The notes under the pieces are model-generated. The model did no database searches. It was not told the DNA's origin and worked only from the letters and a program-made list of their open reading frames with translations. A stretch of DNA of 64,000 nt from positions 64,001-128,000 of the forward strand of contig CBDBFU010000028.1 of assembly GCA_965205025.1 (NCBI GenBank). Reading direction: 5' to 3'. Below, one piece after another: positions 41,765 to 50,912 of this stretch (position 1 is the first letter of the stretch; each line of letters starts with the position of its first letter). The position numbers and the translations under genes are program-made. This stretch comes from Candidatus Poribacteria bacterium. Lineage in GTDB: Bacteria > Poribacteria > WGA-4E > WGA-3G.

Positions 41765-43825
41765 ATGCAAAACCGAAAACCTACACAGTTGAATGTTGTC
41801 TCGGACGACCCTACAGGGAATACTTGGGCGTTGCCAAATGGGGCAATTGTGCGATTTGGAAAAGGTGATCTGGGTGGTGTTAAACTTTCCCTTGATAACA
41901 CGTATTTTGCCGTTGGCACTGGATCAGGTCTATGGTGGTATGATGTCCCTTCAATGATACCGATCTCACTATGGGAAACGGAAAAAGGATTGATTAATTC
42001 CATAGTTTTCTCTCCTGAGGGTAAGTGGATCGTTACAAACAATTGGAGTGGTACCCTTAAGGTGTTAGACATTCAAACTGGGAAGTGTGTTTATAAAATG
42101 GAAGATCAATGGGCATGGGACGGAATTGCCTTTTCGCCTAACGGAGGGCGAATTGCAATTGCAGGAGAAGACATTAAGGTGCTGGATATGCAGCGCGGCG
42201 TGTGCATTGCACAGATGGTTGAAGAGACACATGAAGATGTGTCAAGTCATATTGATCAACTTACCTTTTCGCCTAATGGACAATATGTTGCAGCTGAAGT
42301 TATAAATTCTGAGGTATATTCGGATGATGGCGAACTTCTTAATCCTGGAGCAGCGGGGAATCAAATTTATATCTGGGATTCAGGAACAGGAACACAGTTG
42401 GCAAAGTTCCCGAGTGAAAGATTTGCTTTTTCTCCTGATAGTCGTTTAGTAGCGTATGCAGCACCTGACGATAACGATCCTGACAGCGTTGACTGCTGCG
42501 TATCGGTATGGGATATAGCAGCAAAGGAACGGATTGCTCACTTTATAGGACATAGTGATTATATTAATGATATTATCTTTTCACCTTGCGGGAAGTTCAT
42601 CGTATCAAGTCGAAAAACGCTACGGGTATGGGATCTGGCAACGGGAAAACAGAAATCCGTTTTTTCAATGTCAACTGACGACGAGATCGAGTTTGTCCGT
42701 CCAAGACCGGTCTACTCACCAGAAGGTGTGCTACATGCAGAAGTGACTAACTATGACAAGCGGCTTATTGAAGTGTGGGATATAGAAAGCAACAAAAAAT
42801 TACAGATACTTGAGTGGCCCCATGGCATTGGAAGCGAGTGTTTTGCCTTATGTCCTGATTTGGTTATCATCTACGCATTATCTTCTGATTGCACGGATGG
42901 AAAAACGCACACATTTCCGGCACTTCGTGAGCCTCGTTTTCCGTGGCCGGAAGCGATGGCTGTTTGGTTGGATGATCAAACGCTTGCAAGCAGAAGCATT
43001 AGGCAAGGTATCGTTTTATGGGATATTCCGCAAAAACGGGTACGGGAAACATTGATGGATGACAAAAATTTTGACTATTTTACTATTTCGATTCACGGGA
43101 GTATATTGGCAATGGAAATTGGGGACACAATCAAAATATGGGATGCTGGTGTATCGCGTAAACCAATCGTGGAGTTTACCATACCGCCTGAGGAGTTGAT
43201 ACTTCACAGAGGCAGGTTCGCTCCTACAGGTGACCAGTTTGCCACTGCAAATAGAAATGGTGCATTCTATGTGTGGCATTTCGAATCACCGGAATATCCT
43301 ACAAAGTTTGCAGGTCATACAGACCGCGTTGATTCGCTTGTGTTTTCACCAGACGGCAAACAGCTGGTAAGTGGCTCATCAGATAAAACTGTCCGATTGT
43401 GGGATGTTGAAGCATGCGGGGAGATTGCTATATTGCCCATGGACGAACCTCGTATACCAATGGGAGTAACGTTTTCACCGTGTGGCAACCTAATTGCTGG
43501 TGGAATGGACAACAAAATCCGTTTGTGGTGTGCTAAGCAACTGACAATACTACACACAATACCGCAATCTGAGAATAACATGCGGACTTATGCTCTTGCT
43601 TTTTCACCTTGTGGAAAGTATCTGGCATCTGGCACTTGGTGGCAGCCAGGGATGGAGAAGATGGCTATTCGGATATGGGATGTTGCTACAGGTGAGAATA
43701 TTCATACATTTTGGGGGCATAACTCAGATGTGCAATCACTTGCCTTTTCACCAAACGGTACAATGCTGGCGAGTAGTGGTTTTGATGGTACAATTTTAGT
43801 GTGGGATTTGAAACCGTATCTATAG
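41765..43825 (+). CDS. Cytoplasmic WD40-repeat protein, paralog of the propeller of 38992
   Basis: AAGGAGG RBS; DPTGNTWALPNGAIVRFGKG; ends WDLKPYL. Confidence 0.9.
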   Translation: MQNRKPTQLNVVSDDPTGNTWALPNGAIVRFGKGDLGGVKLSLDNTYFAVGTGSGLWWYDVPSMIPISLWETEKGLINSIVFSPEGKWIVTNNWSGTLKVLDIQTGKCVYKMEDQWAWDGIAFSPNGGRIAIAGEDIKVLDMQRGVCIAQMVEETHEDVSSHIDQLTFSPNGQYVAAEVINSEVYSDDGELLNPGAAGNQIYIWDSGTGTQLAKFPSERFAFSPDSRLVAYAAPDDNDPDSVDCCVSVWDIAAKERIAHFIGHSDYINDIIFSPCGKFIVSSRKTLRVWDLATGKQKSVFSMSTDDEIEFVRPRPVYSPEGVLHAEVTNYDKRLIEVWDIESNKKLQILEWPHGIGSECFALCPDLVIIYALSSDCTDGKTHTFPALREPRFPWPEAMAVWLDDQTLASRSIRQGIVLWDIPQKRVRETLMDDKNFDYFTISIHGSILAMEIGDTIKIWDAGVSRKPIVEFTIPPEELILHRGRFAPTGDQFATANRNGAFYVWHFESPEYPTKFAGHTDRVDSLVFSPDGKQLVSGSSDKTVRLWDVEACGEIAILPMDEPRIPMGVTFSPCGNLIAGGMDNKIRLWCAKQLTILHTIPQSENNMRTYALAFSPCGKYLASGTWWQPGMEKMAIRIWDVATGENIHTFWGHNSDVQSLAFSPNGTMLASSGFDGTILVWDLKPYL

Positions 43826-43878
43826 TTGTTAGCCTTTACAACAAACAAATCGAGTGCCTCAAAAATTGTGGATGTTTT

Positions 43879-44040
43879 AACTCCACGATCAACTTATGGG
43901 ATGTTGATACTGGTGAAAAAATGAAAACACTTATTGGACATACAAGTCATGTGACAGGTGTCGAGTTTAGTCCTGATGGGAAAACTCTTGTAAGTGGTAG
44001 TAGAGATGGCGCTGTGTTTATCTGGGAAATAAACATCTAA
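43879..44040 (+). pseudogene. Orphan C-terminal WD40 blade fragment
   Basis: STINLWDVDTGEKMKTLIGHTSHV..SGSRDGAVFIWEINI*; same ending as gene 47271. Confidence 0.8.
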
Positions 44041-44069
44041 TGTTTCATTACTTGATATGTGCAATATTA
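44005..44069 (+). repeat. Left copy of 65-bp direct repeat (63/65 identical to 48168-48232)
   Basis: GATGGCGCTGTGTTTATMTGGGAAATAAACATCTAATGTTTYATTACTTGATATGTGCAATATTA. Confidence 0.9.
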
Positions 44070-44078
44070 AAAGTTTTT

Positions 44079-44125
44079 CTCAATTATGACGATTCTGCAA
44101 CTAATTCCTATTCATATCGCGTCAC
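44079..44125 (+). promoter_or_regulatory. Putative ECF-dependent promoter module
   Basis: CTCAATTATGAC-N5-TGCAAC-N18-CGTCAC; same spacing at 47078 and 62850. Confidence 0.7.
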
Positions 44126-44164
44126 CTATAAATGAAAACAGCAATTTGTTTATGGAGGGCTCTG

Positions 44165-46672
44165 ATGGAAAGAGACGACACACAATTGATTCATAGTATA
44201 TTGTCAGGTGATGAGGATGCTTTTAGTGAATTAGTTAGGAAACATGAAAAAAGTGTCCACGCACATGCATGGCGTAAAACAAAAGATTACCATATTGCAG
44301 AAGAAATAACACAAGATGCTTTTCTGCAAGCATATAAAAAACTTGCATCGCTGAGAAACCCAGATCAGTTCGGTGGATGGATATGTGTAATCACGGATCG
44401 CCTTTGCACAGCATGGTTACGCAAGAAAAAACTATATATGCAATCGTTGGAATCTGTCAGTAATGAGGTTCTGGAGAAAACAGCGTATACCTCCTATATT
44501 GCTGAACAACATGAAGAAGAAGTCGCTGAGCGTCGCCGTGAAATCATTGAAAGCCTTATGGCAATGCTGCCAGCGAATGAGCGCACAGCGATGGTTCTCT
44601 ATTACCTTGGAGAGATGTCTTGTGAAGAAGTTGGCAAGTATTTAGGTGTATCTACGAACACGGTGAAAAGTCGTCTTAGCCGTGCTCGAAATCGTTTAAA
44701 AGCTGTCAAATTTGATGCAAAACCCGATATCTTATACCAGGTTGAACACGATTCAATCCCCGCTAAAAGTAGAAAAAGCGGACGCATAATAGGAGTTAAA
44801 TCGATGCAGAACAATTTAGTACAAGAGCCGACACAATGGAACTTACCAGAAACTGCAAAAACCCGTCTCGGTAGAGGGAAAATACGTGAAATACAGTATT
44901 CTCCCGACGGAACAATTCTTGCAGTGGCAAGCAGTATCGGTATATGGCTCTATGATATGAAAACATATCAAGAAATTGCACTACTTACCGAACATCCAAG
45001 TCAAGTTTCCAGCGTGGCATTCAGTCCAGATGGATGCACTTTAGCAAGTGGAAGTATGGATGGAACCATTCATCTATGGGATATAAAAACAAGTTCGTAC
45101 AAAAACATCTTAGAATCCTCGGATAGAACCTTAAGTCCTTTTACTGTCAGGGCACCGAGTTTGGCATTTAGTCCAGATGGAAAAACGCTTGTATGTGGAT
45201 ATAAAAAAACTATCCATATTTTCAATGCAATCACAGGTGAACTTAAGAATTCACTGATTACAGATACTTCTGGAGTAATCACACACATCGAATTCAGTCC
45301 AGATAGTGAAACGATTATTTGTGGTAGTATATACGGTGAAATCTCGCTGTGGGATGCGATCACAGGAAAACACAAGAACACAATTCCAGAACCGAGTGAT
45401 TGTGAGCATGCCATTGCATTTAATACTATTGGGCAAACATACGCTGTGAGTAATGTTATATCGGAACAAGATTGTGGTATTTACATCAACGACTTAAATA
45501 CAGGTGAGCTCAAGAACAAACTCACTGGAGATTCAATGCGAGTTGACTGTTTGGCATTTAATCCCTCGGACAATACCATCGCTACAAGTACGGAGGAAGG
45601 AATCTATCTTTGGGATGCACACACTGGTAAACACAGATTCACACTCAATGACGACTCACCTGACATGGAATTTAGATCTGACTTGGAATTTAGTCCGGAT
45701 GGGAAAACACTCGCGAGTGAAAGATGTGATGGTATTATCCGCTTCTGGGATGCGCACACAGGTAATCCAAAATATGATACTTTCAATGGGCATAACGGGT
45801 TTACGGAATCTTTTGCTTTTACTTCAAATGGAAAGACTGTTACAATTGCTTATGGCTATGGTACAATCCGTGTATGGGACACTAACACAGGACACCTCAT
45901 TAAAACACACAATGAGTTTAGAGATCCGATGTTAAACTATGAAATAGAAAATTTAATGTGTATTCCTGATGGAAAAATATTGGCATGGGGAGCTGGTGGT
46001 GAATCGGGTGAGTCCCGCATGCAATTATGGGATACAGTCACAGGTGAACACATAAACATAAATCTACCAGCGAAATATGAATGGAAAAACCATAACTTGG
46101 AACTCAGTCCCGTCGGAAATACACTTGCAATTGTATTTGATGACAATCTGCTCAGATTATGCAATATGTTTACGGGTGAAGAAAAGTTTGTCCTATCCAA
46201 CCCTAACAAAGATTTTTTTGATATGGCATTTAGTCCTGATGGTAAAACCCTCGCAAGTGGGAGTGACGACAATACCGTCCGTCTTTGGGATATTGACATA
46301 GGTGAACACAAGAAAACACTTACAGGACATACAGATGGGGTGTGTGACTTAGCGTTCAGTCCTGATGGGAAAACACTTGCATGTGGAGGCGGTGAAATCA
46401 TCTTCTTATGGGATATAGATACAGGAGATAACACCAAGAAGTTAATAAAACCTACACATCGCGTGTGTGACTTAGCGTTCAGTCCAGATGGAAAAACGCT
46501 CGCAAGTGGAGGATTTGAGAGTAACATTAACTTGTGGGATCCACACACCGGTGAGCACATTAAAACATTGACAGGTCATACAGCCTGGGTAAGAAGTATT
46601 AAGTTCAGTCCAGATGGAAAATTTCTTGGAAGTAGAAGTGACGATGGGACTGTACTTATTTGGAATATATAG
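44165..46672 (+). CDS. ECF sigma factor fused to cytoplasmic WD40 propeller
   Basis: GGAGG RBS before ATG 44165 (ORF track start 44132); IAEEITQDAF, EEVGKYLGVSTNTVKSRLSRAR; WNLPETAKTRLGRG cap; WD repeats. Confidence 0.9.
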   Translation: MERDDTQLIHSILSGDEDAFSELVRKHEKSVHAHAWRKTKDYHIAEEITQDAFLQAYKKLASLRNPDQFGGWICVITDRLCTAWLRKKKLYMQSLESVSNEVLEKTAYTSYIAEQHEEEVAERRREIIESLMAMLPANERTAMVLYYLGEMSCEEVGKYLGVSTNTVKSRLSRARNRLKAVKFDAKPDILYQVEHDSIPAKSRKSGRIIGVKSMQNNLVQEPTQWNLPETAKTRLGRGKIREIQYSPDGTILAVASSIGIWLYDMKTYQEIALLTEHPSQVSSVAFSPDGCTLASGSMDGTIHLWDIKTSSYKNILESSDRTLSPFTVRAPSLAFSPDGKTLVCGYKKTIHIFNAITGELKNSLITDTSGVITHIEFSPDSETIICGSIYGEISLWDAITGKHKNTIPEPSDCEHAIAFNTIGQTYAVSNVISEQDCGIYINDLNTGELKNKLTGDSMRVDCLAFNPSDNTIATSTEEGIYLWDAHTGKHRFTLNDDSPDMEFRSDLEFSPDGKTLASERCDGIIRFWDAHTGNPKYDTFNGHNGFTESFAFTSNGKTVTIAYGYGTIRVWDTNTGHLIKTHNEFRDPMLNYEIENLMCIPDGKILAWGAGGESGESRMQLWDTVTGEHININLPAKYEWKNHNLELSPVGNTLAIVFDDNLLRLCNMFTGEEKFVLSNPNKDFFDMAFSPDGKTLASGSDDNTVRLWDIDIGEHKKTLTGHTDGVCDLAFSPDGKTLACGGGEIIFLWDIDTGDNTKKLIKPTHRVCDLAFSPDGKTLASGGFESNINLWDPHTGEHIKTLTGHTAWVRSIKFSPDGKFLGSRSDDGTVLIWNI

Positions 46673-46677
46673 AAACG

Positions 46678-46709
46678 TCTAAGAATATATGCACATATTC
46701 TTAGATTTT
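46678..46709 (+). terminator. Possible terminator hairpin
   Basis: TCTAAGAATAT-6nt-ATATTCTTAGA then TTTT, directly after the stop at 46672. Confidence 0.5.
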
Positions 46710-46831
46710 ACAATTATAGTGAAATCTGAAAATATGTGCACACTCCCTGGTAGATGCGGTTGCTAACCAATGCAGAGGATCACACGGGGAATCATGGCGA
46801 ATACCATACGCGTATTCACCAAAAGGCATTG

Positions 46832-46915
46832 CCAGATGGCAACCCCCTTGCAAGAGGCAGTAGAGATGGCACTGTCCTATTGTGGGATCTTACTACCTCA
46901 GTCCTTAATCAATAG
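46832..46915 (+). pseudogene. Orphan C-terminal WD40 fragment
   Basis: Reads PDGNPLARGSRDGTVLLWDLTTSVLNQ*. Confidence 0.75.
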
Positions 46916-47039
46916 ACATATTATCTATTTTTAAAAGAAACAGCCTTAAAGTGCATCCATGAATGTGTATATAGTGGCAGACATTGTGTTTCAATAATTC
47001 TAACAAGTAGCCTTCGTTATATCAACCCTGATAGACATC

Positions 47040-47083
47040 ATTAAGAGATCATAGTCAGTATTATTCAACTATGATCTCTTAAT
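47040..47083. repeat. Perfect 16-bp inverted repeat
   Basis: ATTAAGAGATCATAGT-12nt-ACTATGATCTCTTAAT; overlaps the promoter module. Confidence 0.85.
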
Positions 47084-47124
47084 TGTGACAATCTTGCACC
47101 CAACTCGCTCAGAAAACGCGTCCC
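47078..47124 (+). promoter_or_regulatory. Putative ECF-dependent promoter module
   Basis: CTTAATTGTGAC-N5-TGCACC-N18-CGTCCC. Confidence 0.65.
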
Positions 47125-47270
47125 CTATATTGGAAACTAAAATAGACCGATATTCATTTAATAGGACACTTTTGAGTTGTAAGGGACCTCCGATTCCCGG
47201 TTATTAAATGCAGTTCGTCGCGATTCGGAGATAGTTCCTTGATAACACAGCAATTTAAGGAGAGAAAACT

Positions 47271-48203
47271 ATGGAGATAACGAGTGCGGACTACGCACTT
47301 TATTTAACATTAGAAGGACATCAGGAAGGAGTCAATAGTGTTGTATTCAATCGGGATGGTAATACACTCGCAGCAGACATGGATAACACTATCAGGTTAT
47401 GGGATATTTTCACAGGGCAAGAAAAGAAGATGTACTGGGTGGATATAGGGGAGCATTCCACAAGTAGTGTTAGAAGTGTTGCAATTAGTCCGAATGGATG
47501 TATTATCGCTGGGGGTGTCAACGAAAGCGAGACAATCTGTCTTTGGGATTTAGAAACAACGAGACAGACCCATTTATTGCGTGAGAGGACAAGTAAAGCT
47601 ATGCATTGGGTCAATACTGTGGCATTTAGTGTTGATGGTAAGATGCTCGCAAGTGGAAGTGAGGATGGGAACCTATACTTGTGGAATGTAAGGACAGGTG
47701 AAAAACTAAAAGCACTTACTGAGGGTACAGAGAATATCTTTAGTATTGCATTTTGTCCTGATGGTAAAACGTTAGTGAGTGGAAATGCTGGCAACACTAT
47801 CCGTCTGTGGGATATTGGTTCAGGTAAAAACATCGCGACGTTGGATGGGCATGCTGATTGGGTCTTTTCTGTAGCAGTTAGCCATGATGGCAAAACACTT
47901 GCCAGCGGAAGTAAGGATAAAACTATCCGTATATGGGATACGAACACAAAACAAGAATTAAAATCACTTATCGGACATAAGCACATCGTCTGGAGTGTCG
48001 CAATTAGTCCTGATGGTAAAACACTTGCAAGTGGAAGTGAAGACAACACCATACGTCTGTGGGATATTGCTACAGGAGAACAACTTACAACCATAACAGG
48101 ACACACCGCACCAGTGAAATGTGTCACCTTTAGTCCAGATGGCACAAAAGTGGCAAGTAGTACTGACGATGGCGCTGTGTTTATATGGGAAATAAACATC
48201 TAA
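47271..48203 (+). CDS. Cytoplasmic single-propeller WD40 protein (about 7 repeats)
   Basis: AAGGAG RBS; canonical GH..WD repeats; lacks the LPxGAxxRxG cap. Confidence 0.92.
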   Translation: MEITSADYALYLTLEGHQEGVNSVVFNRDGNTLAADMDNTIRLWDIFTGQEKKMYWVDIGEHSTSSVRSVAISPNGCIIAGGVNESETICLWDLETTRQTHLLRERTSKAMHWVNTVAFSVDGKMLASGSEDGNLYLWNVRTGEKLKALTEGTENIFSIAFCPDGKTLVSGNAGNTIRLWDIGSGKNIATLDGHADWVFSVAVSHDGKTLASGSKDKTIRIWDTNTKQELKSLIGHKHIVWSVAISPDGKTLASGSEDNTIRLWDIATGEQLTTITGHTAPVKCVTFSPDGTKVASSTDDGAVFIWEINI

Positions 48204-48232
48204 TGTTTTATTACTTGATATGTGCAATATTA
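48168..48232 (+). repeat. Right copy of 65-bp direct repeat
   Basis: Matches 44005-44069 with two mismatches. Confidence 0.9.
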
Positions 48233-48345
48233 CAAGACCTATGCATTTTTACGTGATAACGGATGTCCGATGCACTGCAGAGTTTTTACTGGGATATTTC
48301 TTCAGGGTTTTGAACCCCACCAGCGAGGGGGCTGCGTAAGTCGTT
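48233..48345. mobile_element. Degenerate MITE-like element
   Basis: Imperfect ends CAAGACCTATGCA / TGCGTAAGTCG; a cleaner TGCGTAAGTCCTG end occurs at 59220-59232. Confidence 0.45.
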
Positions 48346-48465
48346 CTAAATTTATGACAATTTACGAGCGATTTAAGTAAACCTCATAAAAGAAAGAATA
48401 TGCTAAAATGTATACAAGGATATGGATTTCACAGATATGGATGACTCAAAATGAAAAAGACGTAG

Positions 48466-48639
48466 TTTTCATTCTTCTTAGACATAAAAAGTGGAGAAGT
48501 ATTGAAAACAATTAAAGGTCATAATGGTAGATTGCTCGGATTGTCTTTTTCTAAAGATGGGAATCTACTTGCAAGTGTATGCAATAGTCGGAATATAATA
48601 ATATGGGATTTACCAACATTGTTTCTACAAGAACAGTAA
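48466..48639 (+). pseudogene. Orphan C-terminal WD40 blade fragment
   Basis: Reads LDIKSGEVLKTIKGHNGRLLGLSFSKDGNLLASVCNSRNIIIWDLPTLFLQEQ*; no start codon. Confidence 0.8.
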
Positions 48640-48754
48640 TACCATTTCTATTTAAATAGTTCACATCACGAGCACTCTTAGTAGTCCCCCTGATAAGGGG
48701 GATTTAGGGGGTTTCTTCAATCAGTAATGAGCAATCATCATTTAGAAATGGTAT
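48639..48754. mobile_element. MITE-like element with perfect 12-bp TIRs
   Basis: ATACCATTTCTA ... TAGAAATGGTAT enclosing GTAGTCCCCCTGATAAGGGGGATTTAGGGGG. Confidence 0.75.
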
Positions 48755-48854
48755 AATATACTTTGTGAATAAGAATTAAATTGTATGTATATTTGCAAAC
48801 GATAATTTAAAATAAATGCATAAATTAACTACCATGAAATGAGAGGATGAGGGC

Positions 48855-50828
48855 ATGAAGACCCAAATTATATTGATTCTACCAATTATCTCTTTTTGCT
48901 TTGCAATGAGTGCAATTTGTTATGCAAGAGAATATATAGAAAATTATTTACCTGAAGGTGCAATCGCTCGTTTTGGTAAGGGTTATGTATTTCACTTTGC
49001 ATATTCACCTGACGGCTCAAAATTTGCTGTAGCCAGCACTATCGGTGTATGGTTATACGATACTGAGTCCTATGAAGAAATAAAACTATTTACCGGTAAT
49101 ACGGATTATCTCAATTTTGTAGAATTTAGTCCTGACGGAAATACACTCATTCAGGTATTTTATGAGTACGAAACATCATCACACATAATTCAGATATGGG
49201 ATGTTTTAAATGGGGATCTTGTCTCTACCCTTAAAGGGGATTTCAATGAAATTGCCAACATTATCTTTAATCATAACAGTAAAACTGTTGCAATTAGTGG
49301 GAGAAATGGTAGTTTCATACATATTTGGAATCTAATCACAGAGAATTTAATAGAACTTAGGGGCCATACTGATGAAGTGCAGAGAACAGCCTTCAGTCCA
49401 GATGGAAAAACATTGGCAAGTGGAGGAAAAGATGAAGTAATTCGTCTATGGGATGTAGAATCCGGTGAACTTAAACATACTTTTGCTGGACATGCACTTT
49501 CAATTGATTTCCTAAAATATGCATCCGATGGAGAAATGATTGTCAGTCACGGCGGTGACAACAACGTTTGTCTATGGAATGCAGAGTCGGGTGAATTAAT
49601 ACACATCATTTCAGATTTTAAAGATGAAATTACAGATCTTGATTTTGCTGCGGATGGGAAGACTCTGGTGACTGCTAATTCAAATGGTCTTATACAGACG
49701 TGGAATATGCCTACGGGAAGAAAACTTGATGAATTTAAATGGAATACACATGTAGAATTCGTTCAGTTTTCATTTGATATGAATACCATTGCAGCCTACG
49801 ATGATAAAGGATCTATTCTCCTGTTCTCATCAAACGGCTTAGAATTACGCCATACCTTAAAAATGATAGGTAGGGAATCTATAAATGACTTAGCATTCTC
49901 TCCTGATGGAAGTATGATTGCAGCATCAAATGGATTCGACATTAACTTCTGGAATATTGAAACTGGTGATTTAGTAGACGCAATTACAGGTTATTATGAA
50001 GTTGTCGGTGAAGCATTGTTTATTCCAGATCGTGATTTGTTAGTAAGCGTTGATAGGGGTGTAAGAATTTGGGATTTGAATACCTTAAAATTACAGAGAA
50101 CCTTGCCATCTACAGAATCAGTTAGACGTATTCAATTATCACCAGATGGGAATACCTTGGCATGTGGAAATTCGGACAATCTTGTTCTACTATTCGATGT
50201 AAATACTTGGTTGAATAAATATACCCATAAGGGACATATTAATGGTATATCTTCGGTTGCCTTCAGTCCAGATGGAAACACTCTTGTTAGTAGCAGTTGG
50301 GATAATACAATACGATTATGGAATGTCCACACTGGAAAATACATGTCTACATTAAAAGGGGAGACCTCTGAACCTGAGTATGTGACCTTTACACCAAATG
50401 GCAAGAGAGTGGTGAGTATTGATGATGAAAAGATACGATTTTGGGATATTAATACAGGTATTCTTGAAAAAACAATTGATTCAGAAGAAGATGAAGTATA
50501 CTCTTTTGTATTTTCTCCAGATGGTAGGATGGTTGTCAGTAGTGTGGGCAAAAAGATACTTTTTTGGGATATTGATTCTGGGGAACTAAAGAAGAGTATC
50601 CCTGTTGAAACCTGGGTAAACTCTTTAGCATATTCTCCAGATGGAAAAACGATTGCATGTGCTGGGTATAATACTGTTTCTCTCCATAATTCTAATACAG
50701 GAGAACTCAAAAAGACATTTACCGGACATATTGGTCCAGTAAATTCAGTCTCCTTTTCTGCAGATGGAAAGACACTCGCCTCAGGCAGTCGGGATAGCAC
50801 AGTAATCCTATGGGATTTAAGTAAATAA
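48855..50828 (+). CDS. Secreted WD40-repeat protein (paralog of 34200)
   Basis: Signal peptide, YLPEGAIARFGKG cap, WD repeats. Confidence 0.92.
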   Translation: MKTQIILILPIISFCFAMSAICYAREYIENYLPEGAIARFGKGYVFHFAYSPDGSKFAVASTIGVWLYDTESYEEIKLFTGNTDYLNFVEFSPDGNTLIQVFYEYETSSHIIQIWDVLNGDLVSTLKGDFNEIANIIFNHNSKTVAISGRNGSFIHIWNLITENLIELRGHTDEVQRTAFSPDGKTLASGGKDEVIRLWDVESGELKHTFAGHALSIDFLKYASDGEMIVSHGGDNNVCLWNAESGELIHIISDFKDEITDLDFAADGKTLVTANSNGLIQTWNMPTGRKLDEFKWNTHVEFVQFSFDMNTIAAYDDKGSILLFSSNGLELRHTLKMIGRESINDLAFSPDGSMIAASNGFDINFWNIETGDLVDAITGYYEVVGEALFIPDRDLLVSVDRGVRIWDLNTLKLQRTLPSTESVRRIQLSPDGNTLACGNSDNLVLLFDVNTWLNKYTHKGHINGISSVAFSPDGNTLVSSSWDNTIRLWNVHTGKYMSTLKGETSEPEYVTFTPNGKRVVSIDDEKIRFWDINTGILEKTIDSEEDEVYSFVFSPDGRMVVSSVGKKILFWDIDSGELKKSIPVETWVNSLAYSPDGKTIACAGYNTVSLHNSNTGELKKTFTGHIGPVNSVSFSADGKTLASGSRDSTVILWDLSK

Positions 50829-50912
50829 ATCCAAGTATTACTCCATTATTGAGATAAATTATATACTTGTTTGAAATTGAGATAAAATTATAATCATTTG
50901 TGAGATAGAAAT

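Noticed and set aside
43801-43878. N-terminal part of the 79-aa ORF 43801..44040 as a real gene start
   Set aside because: It overlaps the upstream stop, has no RBS and is not WD-like; only the 3' part is a gene remnant.
47321-48199. 292-aa minus-strand ORF (also 45937..46560, 50132..50800 and similar)
   Set aside because: Antisense shadows of WD40 genes; their repeated LPLASVLPSGL pattern is simply the reverse complement of SPDGKTLASGS codons.
44005-48232. Possible diversity-generating retroelement TR/VR pair
   Set aside because: Only two mismatches, not adenine-specific; the repeat extends past the stop codon; no reverse transcriptase in the window.
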